NCBI RefSeq assembly: GCF_947568905.1 | Contig: NC_079165.1 | Span: 95,542,001-95,606,000 of the forward strand | Reading direction: 5' to 3' | Length of the DNA: 64,000 nt | Source of the DNA: Ostrea edulis | Taxonomy: Eukaryota | Part shown: positions 1-13,222 of the stretch, piece by piece | Numbering within the stretch: the first letter of the stretch is position 1 | Layout of the letters: each line of letters opens with the position of its first letter | The notes under the pieces: generated by a model | What the model was told of the DNA's origin: nothing | The model's input: the letters and a program-made list of their open reading frames with translations, nothing else | The model's database searches: none | Made by a program: the position numbers and the translations under genes

Positions 1-1467
1 TGAAGTGAAGGTAAGGTACAGACAACTGTAATAAGAGTAAGTGAAGTGAAGGTAAGGTACAGACAACTGTAATAAGAGTAAGTGAAGTGAAGGTAAGGTA
101 CAGACAACTGTAATAAGAGTAAGTGAAGTGACGGTAAGGTACAGACAACTGTAATAAGAGTAAGTGAAGTGAAGGTACAGACAACTGTAATAAGAGTAAG
201 TGAAGTGAAGGTACAGACAACTGTAATAAGAGTAAGTGAAGTGAAGGTACGGTACAGACAACTGTAATAAGAGTAAGTGAAGTGAAGGTACAGACAACTG
301 TAATAAGAGTAAGTGAAGTGAAGGTAAGGTACAGACAACTGTAATAAGAGTAAGTGAAGTGAAGGTACAGACAACTGTAATAAGAGTAAGTGAAGTGAAG
401 GTAAAGTACAGACAACTGTAATAAGAGTAAGTGAAGTGAAGGTAAGGTACAGACAACTGTAATAAGAGTAAAGTGAAGGTAAGGTACAGACAACTGTAAT
501 AAGAGTAAGTGAAGTGAAGGTAAGGTACAGACAACTGTAATAAGAGTAAGTGAAGTGAAGGTACGGTACAGACAACTGTAAAAAGAGTAAGTGAAGGTAC
601 GGTACAGACAACTGTAATAAGAGTAAGTGAAGGTAAGGTACAGACAACTGTAATAAGAGTACGTGAAGTGAAGGTAAGGTACAGACAACTGTAATAAGAG
701 TAAGTGAAGTGAAGGTAAGGTACAGACAACTGTAATAAGAGTAAGTGAAGTGAAGGTACGGTACAGACAACTGTAATAAGAGTAAGTGAAGGTACGGTAC
801 AGACAACTGTAATGAGAGTAAGTGAAGTGAAGGTACAGACAACTGTAATAAGAGTAAGTGAAGTGAAGGTAAGGTACAGACAACTGTAATAAGAGTAAGT
901 GAAGTGAAGGTAAGGTACAGACAACTGTAATAAGAGTAAGTGAAGTGAAGGTACGGTACAGACAACTGTAATAAGAGTAAGTGAAGTGAAGGTACGGTAC
1001 AGACAACTGTAATAAGAGTAAGTGAAGTGAAGGTACAGACAACTGTAATGAGAGTAAGTGAAGGTAAGGTACAGACAACTGTAATAAGAGTAAGTGAAGT
1101 GAAGGTAAGGTACAGACAACTGTAATGAGAGTAAGTGAAGTTAAGGTACGGTACAGACAACTGTAATAAGAGTAAGTGAAGTGAAGGTAAGGTACAGACA
1201 ACTGTAATAAGAGTAAGTGAAGTGAAGGTAAGGTACAGACAACTGTAATAAGAGTAAGTGAAGTGAAGGTACAGACAACTGTAATAAGAGTAAGTGAAGT
1301 GAAGGTAAGGTACAGACAACTGTAATGAGAGTAAGTGAAGTGAAGGTAAGGTACAGACAACTGTAATAAGAGTAAGTGAAGTGAAGGTAAGGTACAGACA
1401 ACTGTAATAAGAGTAAGTGAAGTGAAGGTAAGGTACAGACAACTGTAATAAGAGTAAGTGAAGTGAA
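1..1467. repeat. Minisatellite, 41/36-bp unit (GTAAGGTACAGACAACTGTAATAAGAGTAAGTGAAGTGAAG), about 37 copies, open at the window start; probably intronic in AGK
   Basis: Direct tandem periodicity (GTAAGG at 11 and 52). Units vary by gain or loss of 5-bp modules (GTAAG/GTACG/GTGAA). ORF 1141..1491 is a by-product. Confidence 0.97.
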
Positions 1468-1732
1468 CAGGTGCAGATATTGCTTCTTCAACTAGCCATC
1501 ATCTGTACTAGATGAAGAATCCATGCTGAATTGGGGGAGATGGGGCACCAAGAAAAAAAGAAAAATGCTGGATATATTTTTCTTTAAAAATTGAAATAAA
1601 GAAAATTATCTTTAAAGAGAGTTCATTAAACTGTAACAGATTTAAACTTAAAAACTAAAAAAAAAAATTATGTCGGTATAATGTATCTGTTGATAGATAA
1701 GTCTTTTAAAATCATTCTTTCTGCTCATACAG

Positions 1733-1827
1733 GACTTTGCAAAACGTATTCCAGTAGGAGTTATCCCACTTGGAAAAACAAACCTGTTTGCCAAGATACT
1801 GTTTGGATCAGATAAAGAACAAGTGAG
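1733..1827 (+). CDS. AGK: Acylglycerol kinase, internal exon (DFAKRIPVGVIPLGKTNLFAKILFGSDKEQV)
   Basis: AG/GT bounded, phase 0 to 2. IPxGxIPLGxTN is the DAG-kinase catalytic-domain motif. All 8 exons to 9455 join in compatible phases; the 5' exons are not seen in the window. Confidence 0.9.
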
Positions 1828-2061
1828 GTAGCAAAAGAGAATATTTTATGAGGGTTTTTTATTCAGTAAATACATAAAGCAGTTGGTCATATGAATGTAT
1901 GATGTTGGTAAGGAGAGTCGCGTATCAGAACTAGGCTTTGTTAAACAAATAGCGTATTAGAACTACATGTATGTAAAAGTTTTGAATTCACAAGGCTTCT
2001 CACAAATTAATCTTGTACCATGACTATTCTATGGTATGTAAAAAATGAAACACCACAGAAA

Positions 2062-2231
2062 TACTGTAAACCAACTTTTATTTGCATCTATTTTATTTCA
2101 CGATTCACCTGTGGTAAACTGGTTCACGGTGAGTAATTTTCGCGTTTGAGCCTATGACTGGTTCACGACGATGAAGTTCTCGCGAATCTTGTGAAATTTT
2201 CTCACACGTGAATAAAAGTTGGTTTACAGTA
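2062..2231. mobile_element. Tc1/mariner-type MITE
   Basis: TACTGTAAACCAACTTTT(A)TT ... AATAAAAGTTGGTTTACAGTA terminal inverted repeats with TA at both ends. Confidence 0.8.
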
Positions 2232-2358
2232 ACATTGAGAGTAATGGAATATTGATCAGAGCTGCTACAAAGAAGATTTGGCTAATTGTGATATGTCTAC
2301 AATCCTTGACAACATTTATGTTAGTGGAAGAGATGGTGTGTATTTTCTGTATTTTCAG

Positions 2359-2428
2359 ATTTATCCTGGATTCCACTTTGGCTGTTGTGGATGGATTTTC
2401 CAAGAAAATGGATGTGGTAGAATATATG
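2359..2428 (+). CDS. AGK: AGK exon (FILDSTLAVVDGFSKKMDVVEYM)
   Basis: ttttcag acceptor, GTATTC donor, phase 2 to 0; resembles vertebrate AGK ITDATLAIVKGETVPLDVLQIK. Confidence 0.88.
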
Positions 2429-2759
2429 GTATTCTTTTTGGTTTGATCTTTTAATAGTAATTATGTCCTATAGCAGTGACGGAATTCAATAAATGTACAG
2501 TATGATGCAATAAAGACTTCTGTATTATGCTCAACTGCTAAATCCCATCACATGACCTTCAGTATGTTTTAAGTATGCAATGAAGCAGATTTTTGAAAAC
2601 TGATGTTTATGACTGATGAGGCAGTCATCCATTTTGTGGCATCCAGATGTTTTTCTCTCTCATAAAGTCCTGGTCATCTGGATATTTTAATGCTTTCAGA
2701 TTGTTGATCTAAGATTTTCTCTGAAGTGAATGTTCATTTATTTCTTGATGGATTTTCAG

Positions 2760-2839
2760 AGTGAAGATGGAAGAAGCACATATTCAATGATGGGACTCAC
2801 TGCAGGGGCGTATGTTAATGCCGAAAAGAAAATGCAGAA
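2760..2839 (+). CDS. AGK: AGK exon (SEDGRSTYSMMGLTAGAYVNAEKKMQ)
   Basis: AG/GT bounded, phase 0 to 2, in frame with neighbours. Confidence 0.85.
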
Positions 2840-2980
2840 GTTTGTGTTATTTTCTCAAGGAATCATTTTTAGATTACATTTAATTCATTTCAATAAGTTT
2901 CATTAATGTAGATATTGAATATTCCTATCCTTTCTTTGCAAAGCAAATTGCTGCTGTAAGGAATTGTGAAGCTTTGAAAT

Positions 2981-4170
2981 GATATGTTGCATTAACACTA
3001 ATATCAATCACGGATATGTTGCATTAACACCAATATCAGTTACAGATATGTTGCATTAACACCAATATCAATCACAGATATGTTGCATTAACACCAATAT
3101 CAATCACAGATATGTTGCATTAACACTAATATCAATCACAGATATGTTGCATTAACACCAATATCAATCACAGATATGTTGCATTAACACCAATATCAAT
3201 TACAGATATGTTGCATTAACACCAATATCAATTACAGATATGTTGCATTAACACTAATATCAACTACAGATATGTTGCATTAACACTAATATCAATCACA
3301 GATATGTTGCATTAACACCAATATCAATTTCAGATATGTTGCATTAACACTAATATCAATCACAGATATGTTGCATTAACACTAATATCAATCACAGATA
3401 TGTTGCATTAACACTAATATCAATCACAGATATGTTGCATTAACACCAATATCAATTTCAGATATGTTGCATTAACACTAATATCAATCACAGATATGTT
3501 GCATTAACACCAATATCAATCACAGATATGTTGCAGTAACACCAATATCAATCACAGATATGTTGCATTAACACTAATATCAATCACAGATATGTTGCAT
3601 TAACACCAATATCAATCACAGATATGTTGCATTAACACTAATATCAATCACAGATATGTTGCATTAACACCAATATCAATCACAGATATGTTGCATTAAC
3701 ACTAATATCAATCACAGATATGTTGCATTAACACCAATATCAATTTCAGATATGTTGCATTAACACTAATATCAATCACAGATATGTTGCATTAACACCA
3801 ATATCAATCACAGATATGTTGCATTAACACTAATATCAATCACAGATATGTTGCATTAACACTAATATCAATCACAGATATGTTGCATTAACACTAATAT
3901 CAATCACAGATATGTTGCATTAACACTAATATCAATCACAGATATGTTGCATTAACACCAATATCAATCACAGATATGTTGCATTAACACCAATATCAAT
4001 CACAGATATGTTGCATTAACACTAATATCAATCACAGATATGTTGCATTAACACTAATATCAATCACAGATATGTTGCATTAACACTAATATCAATCACA
4101 GATATGTTGCATTAACACCAATATCAATCACAGATATGTTGCATTAACACTAATATCAATCACAGATATG
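2981..4170. repeat. 32-bp minisatellite (GATATGTTGCATTAACACYAATATCAATCACA), about 37 copies, in an AGK intron
   Basis: Direct periodicity (e.g. starts at 3141 and 3173). Confidence 0.97.
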
Positions 4171-4362
4171 TATATACAACTCGCCAAGTTACTGATTAGA
4201 CCATCAACAATAAAAAAAAAAAATAGCAGACTATATAGATAGATTACATGAAAAAATAGCTTCGAATCTAATATCTTTCAATTTTAGTTTAGATAGATAA
4301 AATGTTATTTTAAAGATAGAGACAAAATAGAATTCATTGAATTAAGCATTTTGATTGAACAG

Positions 4363-4583
4363 GTACTGGTATTTTGGCCCTTTGAAGTCTAAGTGGACCT
4401 ACATCCGATCCACACTGACCCAGTGGCCATCTGTCATCTCAGGAAAATTAAGTTACGTACCAGCAACAGAGGAAAACACGAAACTTCAGAAGATAGTCAT
4501 CAAGCAAGCAGCACCAGAAGTCAAACGAAGCTGGTGGAACATACTTCATGTTTTCTACAAGCCCAAACCACAAAACTCTCAGG
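4363..4583 (+). CDS. AGK: AGK exon (YWYFGPLKSKWTYIRSTLTQWP...)
   Basis: YWYxGPLK is the AGK hallmark motif; AG/GT bounded, phase 2 to 1. Confidence 0.93.
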
Positions 4584-5500
4584 GTAAGGCTGTAATGTAT
4601 CATAAAGTATATATGTTTACTTGTCTTAAATCTTAAAGTTACTGAAATATGTTTATATCTGAAGATAAAGGATTCAGAATTACAGTTTGTTTATATGGAA
4701 TGAAAACTTTTCCCCATTTGATGGTTATAAAATATATGGCTATTAATGCATTACATAATATGAAGGTTATGGTTCAATACTGCAAATAAACTTCTTTGTT
4801 ATACTATAATAAGATTGTTTAATATCATGGCATTAACTTACTCAAAGAAACGAAGTCTTCCAAATGAAGCCAAGCATCAGTGTCTAGGTATATTTGGAGT
4901 ATGTATGTTTAATTATAGGTTATTGACTAAATATTGGGAAAATATGCCTCCTCAAGGTTATTGTTCAATAAATGGAATATTGCGCTTGCAAAATCTTCTT
5001 CAGCTCAATGACATAAGGCAGACATATTTCCCAATTTGCAGTCAGTAACCTTTTTATTCCATATTTTTCAAATTAAATGCACTTCTAATTTTATAAGTGC
5101 ACATATATGTGCATTTTCAGTAACAGATGAAAAGTGTTTTAAGTCCAGATTAATTGTAAACAATACAACATCACGATCAGAGAATTATGTATTAAGCAAT
5201 TCCCAGGCTATAAAACTTTAAAGTGCTTGCTTTTGGTCTAAGTCTTGCTTTTATAAAAGGAACAAATAGTGAAAAAGTGAGACTTATATTAAAAGTGAGC
5301 TTGTGTAAGTTTTATGGCCCTAGAGCGAGAAGTGACATCACATTTGAGTTAAAGTCGTTCCCAGTTAATATTTATGATGTGGGATTGTATGGCTCAGTAA
5401 AAGCCCTGGTACCCTTGATAGAATCTAACAGAAACAAGGTATCAATAAAACAATAGTGCTGAGGTATTTTTACAGTGCGTGTGTTTACTGGTAATTATAG

Positions 5501-5613
5501 ATATCATTGAGGAGATGGAGGCTGAGGATAATGAGGAAGAGGAAGTGGCCTCAGAGGATTTAACCACTGTAGAGTTATCTGTCTTGGCTCCCATTGTTCA
5601 GAGTCAAAAGCAG
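5501..5613 (+). CDS. AGK: AGK exon (DIIEEMEAEDNEEEEVASEDLTTVELSVLAPIVQSQKQ)
   Basis: AG/GT bounded, phase 1 to 0; LTTVELSV resembles AGK LSTIELSI. Confidence 0.85.
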
Positions 5614-5865
5614 GTCTGTATTGGAGTTATTCAATTCTTAGACAAATATCGCATTAATGGCAGTCAACACCAAAAATAAGCACAAATAGACACACAAATC
5701 AAACCATGAAGTTTGACAATGGTTAATGCAAACTGTGCATACTACTTAACAGTTTGCATGTGTATTACTAATCTCTTTATCTGCCAATTTATATGCATGT
5801 TATTCTACTATGGTTATTGATCAAAGGAATTTTGCGACCTTTATTCTGCAATATACCATGATTAT

Positions 5866-6252
5866 TAGTGTTGAAAAATCAGGAAAATTTCATAATCGAT
5901 AATCGGTCATAATCGAAAGAACTGTTTCTTTCAATGATCTATATAATCGGTATCTAGATGTAGTTAATAATGTTTATTATTTTAGGAGTTATTTCTATTT
6001 AGTTTTACGGATATGTGCAGTATACACACTAGCTGGTGTCACTGAATTCCCAATTTTCAATGTGGAGTCCACTCTGACTCTCCCCCACACATGTCTCGAT
6101 ATAAAAGCGGGAGTAACAGTCAGATGAATCTCGGATTAGATATTAATTAGTGTACAAGCGACAATTGATTATGAAAAATAGAATCGATAATCGGAATCAA
6201 AGAGCCAAAAACGATCGACAATCGATTGTCAGCGACAATCGTTTCATCACTA
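5866..6252. mobile_element. hAT-like MITE
   Basis: TAGTGTTGAAA...TTTCATCACTA termini; 8-bp TSD ATGATTAT/ATGGTTAT (7/8 match). Confidence 0.75.
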
Positions 6253-6861
6253 ATGGTTATTGCAAAGATTGAAGGAATGCTGCGGTCTTTATTCTGCGAT
6301 ATACCACGGTTATTGCAAAGATAAAAGGAATGCAGTGTTCATTATTCTACAATATACCTTCATACGTATTAACTGATTATAAGAAAATTGATACACATCT
6401 CGCTTGCACTTCAAGTTTTGCTAATGCAACAATAAAGTCGATAACTGATAATTCAATATTTTAACCATAAAAATTAATCAAGATATGTTGCAAAGCAAAT
6501 TTATAAATGACTGAAGAATATTTGTTATTAAATATGAATCAATTGTCTGCATTCTGAGATTGATACACATGTAAACAAACATGTCGATGCACAGACAAGT
6601 TAAACCTCTTCCACGTATGTGTAGTTTTCTTGGACTGTGTATTCATAGCATTTGATATAATCCGTCAACATCAAATTAAATACTTGAAATATTTTTCAAA
6701 ATAGGTCTAATATATCTTACCATCTTGAGAACATTTTTGTCAGCAAAAAACATGTAGGCCTAGTCAGTTTCGGAAATTGCTATGATGTCACAAAGTGCCT
6801 AATTCGTAGATGTACACTTATAGGTAAATGATCGGCTGTATATTTCTGAGCAGCAGCAGAA

Positions 6862-7035
6862 TAGAAATAAAGTTCTTGTTTTCGTGGATGATGCAGGATA
6901 CTTCCTAGATCTTGAAATTTTGTTTGAAATATAAAAGCCTCGGCTAACAACGCCTCAGCTTTTATATTTCAAAACAAGTTTTAAACTGAGGAGGTTATCC
7001 TGCAACATCCGCAAAAACGCAAACTTTATTTCTTA
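6862..7035. mobile_element. Imperfect palindromic element with GCCTCGGC..GCCTCAGC centre (Crypton-like non-autonomous element, inferred)
   Basis: Arms AGAAATAAAGTT...AACTTTATTTCT. The centre resembles the palindrome attached to the recombinase remnant at 56516-57559. Confidence 0.55.
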
Positions 7036-7146
7036 ATCATAAAGTACATGTTTACTATATAAATCTTTTCGTGCAATTTTATAGTTCAGCATCAGAATGT
7101 TTGTCTGACACCTGTTTATGTAGATTTACTTTGTTAATGTTTACAG

Positions 7147-7214
7147 AAAGTCATAGCACCAGAATTAGATATTGGTCCAAGTCAAGTGGAAAGGAAAAAT
7201 TTCATCAGTGAAGG
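7147..7214 (+). CDS. AGK: AGK exon (KVIAPELDIGPSQVERKNFISEG)
   Basis: ttacag acceptor, GTAATC donor, phase 0 to 2. Confidence 0.8.
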
Positions 7215-7578
7215 GTAATCTGTTGTACTCATCAAATCACCAAATGAGGATGTCCATGTTGTTTGAATTTGTTTTGAAGTTATTGAAACAGAATTAAAGA
7301 TATTTGGTCATATGCTACAAAGAGAATACTGATGCAGGGATATTTTTATCTGCATGCCCCATCCCCTTACCTATTACTTTCTTTTAATAACATTACTTAA
7401 AATTGACATAATGATATATGATATTTATTTGGTAAAATTATGGAGATTCTCGGTAATCTCAAAGAATTCATTACAATGATGTTCAAAACTAAAATAAATT
7501 CTGATAGAAATATGGTATTAAATGCACTGCAGGACTACCCGGTATTTAATTTTTCAAAGGAATTTACATGTATTTCAG

Positions 7579-7681
7579 ACTTAGGAGAGAAAAATCGCAA
7601 ACACCAGTGTACAGTTCAGCAGACAGTAGACATTCACTTGTGAAAAAAGTCAAATTTATTCCAGACTTGCCAGAAGACACA
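7579..7681 (+). CDS. AGK: AGK exon (LRREKSQTPVYSSADSRHSLVKKVKFIPDLPEDT)
   Basis: tttcag acceptor, GTAAGT donor, phase 2 to 0. Confidence 0.8.
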
Positions 7682-8468
7682 GTAAGTAGATAATATTGAC
7701 TTTGGGACTTGAAATAATTGCAATCCTTCACAGATAATCCTATTCAGTGCATGTAGGTCTGTAGAGATAGTAAATCTGTACTCCAAAATTTATGATACAT
7801 TTACCGAAATGCAAACTGAATTTATTTTAAAGTTTGGGGTTTTTTTTCTTGCATGAATGATGTGAATTGGATAATCATAAATTCTCTTTTCTGTAAAACA
7901 CTACATATCAACCAAAGGTCCCAATATGAGCTGGGGGGTGGGGGTGGGGGTTATATTAGTGGAAGGTTCATATAGAGTGTGTTATGGATAAGGGCATGTT
8001 GTCTTTATTACATTCTCAGCAAACAAGCAAAAGAATGAAAGACAATCATCTTGCATTCAGGTTATGGTTCAAGTTTATAAAACACATAAAAGATACATTT
8101 ATTGTACATCATTTTACCATGACGCTAACAATGTATTGTAAGATCCAAAAGACTATACGTCTACAGTACTTTGCTTTCTCTTCACAGTGATTGTGACATC
8201 ATCATGATTGTATCGTCGATCAACAAATTATTGATTCACAATGATTAAACTTGATATGGGAACGGTGATGTCAATTGTATCACACATACAAAATCCTGTA
8301 CAATGTACTCACCACTCAATGATTAAACTCAATATGGGAACGGTGATGTCAATTGTATCACACATACAAAATCCTGTACTCACCACTCAGTATGTTATGT
8401 AACAATAATGTGCATGTAGGTTTTTGACATTGAAAATGTTTCTTTGTGAAAGAGTTAAATCGGCCATA

Positions 8469-9220
8469 TTTATGCCCCCTTTCGAAGATGAGAGGCATTT
8501 TGGTTTGCGTCAGTCAGTCTGTCGGTCGGTAGACCACATGTTGTCCGCTCAATATCTTAAGAACTGATCACTTGATCGTAATGATATTTCATATGTGGGT
8601 TGGTTATGAGAAGAAGAGGACCCCTATTGTTTTTCAGGTCAAAGGTCAAGGGTCAATCTAGTAATCTACTCTGGACATAGGAAGACCTTGTCCGCTCAAT
8701 ATCTTGAGAACCCTTTGCTTCACAAACATCAAACTTCGTACACTAGTACATCCCAAGGAGTAGATGACCCCTATTGATTTTGAAGTCACATGGTCAAAAA
8801 TCAAGGGTCAAACTGGACATAGGAATTTACTAACCACTTAATGTCTAGAGAACCCTTTGCTTGACAGACATCAAACTTGGTACACTGGTACATCTTCAGG
8901 AGAAGATGACCCCCATTGATTTTTAGGTCATATGGTCAAAGGTCAAGGGTCAAACTGGACATAGGAATATACTATCCACTCAATATCTTGAGAACCCTTT
9001 ACTTGACAGACATCAAATTTGGTACACTGGTACATCTTCAGGAGAAGATGACCCCTTTTGATTTTGAGGTCATTTGGTCAATCCACTCCTGACATTGGAA
9101 GATATTGTCTGCTCAATATTTCGATATTGGTGATACTACTATCAATCAAATTATGCCTGTGTACAACCATTTTCAATTTTGCACTATGGGGGGCATATAT
9201 GTTTTACAAACATCTCTTGT
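8469..9220 (+). mobile_element. Non-autonomous Helentron-associated element (HINE)
   Basis: 5' ATGCCCC subTIR plus inverted repeat, (GTCN)n tract, internal repeats of about 160 bp, 3' GGGGGCAT subTIR, ATGTTTTACAAACAT hairpin and CTCTTGT end. Confidence 0.8.
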
Positions 9221-9338
9221 CTGACTTGTAAATACTTATATGTTTTACAAACATCTCTTGTCTGACTTGTAAATACTTATATGCATGATCTTGTTACATG
9301 ACATTTGGTTCTTTATAAAAAAAAATGTCTTCTTTCAG

Positions 9339-9455
9339 GAGAAAAAGGAGTGGTTTTACATTGATGGTGAACAGTTTGAGGCAGTTCCTGTGGAAATCAG
9401 ACTACTGAGAAACAGATTAAACATATTTCACAGTTCTAGAACTTTACCAAGCTGA
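9339..9455 (+). CDS. AGK: AGK terminal exon (EKKEWFYIDGEQFEAVPVEIRLLRNRLNIFHSSRTLPS*)
   Basis: F-x-IDGE-x-FEAVPVEIRLL matches the AGK C-terminus (FSIDSEEYEAMPVEVKLL); TGA at 9453-9455. Confidence 0.92.
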   Translation, partial: EKKEWFYIDGEQFEAVPVEIRLLRNRLNIFHSSRTLPS

Positions 9456-10159
9456 TGAATAAGTTATTTGCTATCAGTGTTTGATTGTGTTTTTATAGCA
9501 TCATGTGATTAAGGGCATAAGTTGTGCTTCGATTAAATCTAAAGCATGATAGTTCACCTGAATATTTTCACAGCCTGTTGACATTACATTGCAAGTACAT
9601 GCACAATGTATTAAGATATTAAAACATTTGAATACACTTGGAAATGAATGGTTATGCTTTTGTTTATTTTTAGTTATAAAAAAAGAACTATGAAGTTAAA
9701 ACTGATATGTACTGGTGTGTGGTAGTCATGATTTCTAGTAACTATGAAAGCTAAAACCAATTCACCATCAGTTGCCATGTAAGCAATCTAGTGTAGATTT
9801 CCTGTGTACCATACATATGAATACTATTCTTCTCCAGTAATCATGTATATGCTATGAAGTATATTAATTTGGGGAAAACAGGAGCTATCTAAAAAAGCAT
9901 ATGTCTCTAATCTAGTCGAACTGAATTGGTTCTACTGATAGATTATGTTCACAACATTTTATCAAATTAATTTTTCATGACGTATAAATCTTGTTTCAGT
10001 GTTATGTTCTATTTTTGGACATTGTGACTTGATATTGAATTTCAACCATTGATCCTGAATTACAGATAAGCAAAACCTAAATGTAATACCCAATACTGAA
10101 AGAGTTTTAGATATGTTGTGAGTTATTTATCATGTGTATATATGGGGTGGTCATGATAT

Positions 10160-10195
<36 letters not shown>

Positions 10196-12023
10196 AAGAA
10201 GAGAGGAGGGAGAAAAGAAAAGGAGAAAGAAACCAGGCCAAAATGGTGTGCATTTACAGAATGTACAATGGATTTTTTTAAAAACATAACAATCCCTGTA
10301 AATAATGTTTTCAGGATTCACCAATCGAAATGTGAACTGATAGGAACAGGGTACTTAAGTAGTCAGCTCCACTCATTGTCTGATTACTAATGTTTATGAA
10401 CTGATAGGAACAGGATACTTAAGTAGTCAGCTCCACTCATTGTCTGATTACTAATCTTTTGTTCAGCATGCAGTGAAAGTGTACTGAATCTGTTCCTGTC
10501 TCGGTACTGTTCAGTTCAACTAGATAGGGAAATTTAACATCTGAATGTAGAAAAACTGATAAAATAGATTAATTCAGATTTTGGAGTTGGGGGTTATCAA
10601 TCGTCTTAATTGTAATTTTCTGTTTTAGGGGAGTATATATTGAGAGTATTTGATGTAGGAAAACATGCTGAAAGTACACATGCTTTATTTCAAAAGAAAA
10701 AACCCCAGTGCTTTCCCTTTGATGAGACCCCATTAGAGGTCTGGCTCGAAAGTGAACTTACTTGCATGTACATGACCAAAAAAAAAAAAATACTTTGGAG
10801 CTAGTCTTTTAAGTTGAACACCAGTCACTCACCTGAAAGTGAACCTTGTGATGAAAAGAGATTGGTTTGACCCTCTGAAGTCTCTTCCAAAGGTTGTGGG
10901 ACTGACCCTTAAATTGAATATACATGTATTGTACCTTGTATTTTAAGAAGCTAAATCTCTAAACATTGGAAAGCGTTTATTTCATAAAATATTTTGTGCA
11001 GCATATTATGAAGTACGTGGTATATTGACCTATGATGTGATTCTACAAGTGTATGTGTGTATCAAGAGTGCTCAGATGAAAACCCTGTAGGGAACTGTAG
11101 GAATGGCCCCTGTTGTAGACTTTAATAAATGTCAAACAGTTATGTTATAGTTCTTTGACATGTTATATCTAGAAAAAGGGACTGGTCCCTGAATTTGGGA
11201 ATCTGGGGGTTCTAAACGTCTCAAAAAGTCAAGAATTTTGTAATACACTGCAGAAGAATTAAAGTTGTGTGGGTGTTTTCAAGTAAATAAAATCGCGATC
11301 GCATGATCAAGGTGATTTAAGGAAGAATTCCAGAGTTTGATATGGATGAAAAGTGGAGGATATGTACAATATTTTGAAAAGATTCAAATGTTCTTTATGT
11401 AGTAAAAAAATATTCATTTTTAGTAGAAAGCAATTTGAAAAAAAATTTAAATAAAACTAATCCTGGACTCGAGCCAGCGATTTACAGTTCAGCAGTCGAC
11501 GTGCTAACCTACCGAACTTCTCAGCTAGGTAATGATATTTGAAATGAATAGACAAATATTGCTCATATTTATTTTTTCATAAGAGGTCACTATTCTCTCG
11601 ATTTTTAAAACTTGACATCTTGCTCTGTACAAATATTTTGCAACGTATAACTGAAATGCTTTTTAATAGGGGGCTTCAGAACTTGCTCTTAACATGAAAT
11701 TTATATCCCGCCTCAAGAACGAAAAGAATGATTTACTTCCTGTTTTAGCAGGAAGCATTAATATTCTAGTTTATTCTTTGTTTATCATGTAAATAATTTT
11801 TCAACAACACGCAGGAACGTTAGTATAGTGAGAAAACAATACAAACTAAGTGTTGTAGTTCATATGTGCTAAAACACAATAAATCTGAATTATTTTAAAA
11901 ATCGTTTAATGCTTCTTGTAATACATTCTGTTCACGGTGAAGGTATTCCAACTTTTAAAAAATCCTAATATGCATAGGTCGGAAGTAAATGAGCTATATC
12001 TAGCAGCCAACCATGAATTTGTC

Positions 12024-12097
12024 CTAGCCTGGTGCCCTGGCCTTCCCATAATGCTCCGCAAACGAAGCATTATGGGAAGGCCAGGGCACCAGGCTAG
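12024..12097. mobile_element. 74-bp hairpin MITE (CTAGCCTGG...CCAGGCTAG)
   Basis: Perfect 32-bp arms; 8-bp TSD AATTTGTC/AATTTGCC; absent at the homologous site of copies 2 and 3. Confidence 0.85.
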
Positions 12098-13180
12098 AAT
12101 TTGCCCCCCATCCCCCTCTCTTCAAATTCACTTTTTAAATGATATACAAATTTAGAATTAAAGTGTGGTTTTAGTTAAACTCTTCGCAACTAGGGACAAT
12201 TTAAGACTTGTGATATCCTAGATTTACTACTGCAGAAGTGAATCTAGAAATAATTCAAAGGACGGAGGGGGTGTTGCACCTCGATTGTACTTTTTCTGCC
12301 CCAAAGTGGGATTGTAGTTCCCCATTGTGCATTAAATCACTTCTGTCGAAATTTCCCAACAAAAGTATGTATAGTCGAGGTGCATCACACTTTAGTGCCG
12401 AACATTGTATACAATCATCGTCATCGAGAAATTCGAAGTGCGTAGAAGGATTTGTCCTGAAATTAGAAACATTTCTAGCTGATGTCGCTAAATAATACTA
12501 GACTTGAGAGTAAAGTTCCAAACCATATCGGGGGAATACCCGGAAAAGTTAATTATCGTTAATAATTGATGAAGTAAAGCGCTAAGGAAATGTTTAAGTT
12601 TTAACGAATACAGAATTGGTTCGATGTTGTTTTTTTTTTAAAGGTATATACGCGAAAAATCCATAGACTCTATATCTCCAGTTTCCCGTGATCGTTGACC
12701 AAATAATCGGGTCTATTCTTTGTGTGTAATTGTTTACATTTGTTCCCTTTCTTAACTTTTTATTCTGTCGATATTTTTGGTTTCCGTTGATTCATGGTTA
12801 AAACGTAGAACAAACATAATCCAATGTTGATCCACTGTTGATTTATCAATAAATCTTCAATGTTGAAACAATATTGAATATGCAACATTTTATCTAAAGG
12901 CGGTTATAACTTAATCAAGGCTAGTTTTCAAAGTTGAAGATGCAACATTAATTCAGCATCGAAACGTTGAAACAAACTTTAAAAATATATGTTTCAAACG
13001 TTGAAACAGCACCAAAGCTGCACATAGTTTTAATGTTTGATTGTCATTTGTTAATTCAATCTTGATTTAAAGTTTAGTTATTACCGTTTTCTGTTTCTTT
13101 ATCAAAATTCATAAAAGTGTGATTTTAAATGTATTTTTCAACGTTGTTAATCTATGTTTAATCAACAATGTTGTGTAGAA

Positions 13181-13222
<42 letters not shown>

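Noticed and set aside
1141-1491. 116-aa Leu-rich ORF
   Set aside because: Translation of the 41-bp satellite
1-4170. Regular arrays that could be mistaken for CRISPR
   Set aside because: Head-to-tail repeats with no unique spacers, eukaryotic intron context, no cas genes
10160-10194. Poly-G run of about 35 nt as a functional G-quadruplex
   Set aside because: Length differs widely between the three copies; consistent with homopolymer slippage or sequencing error
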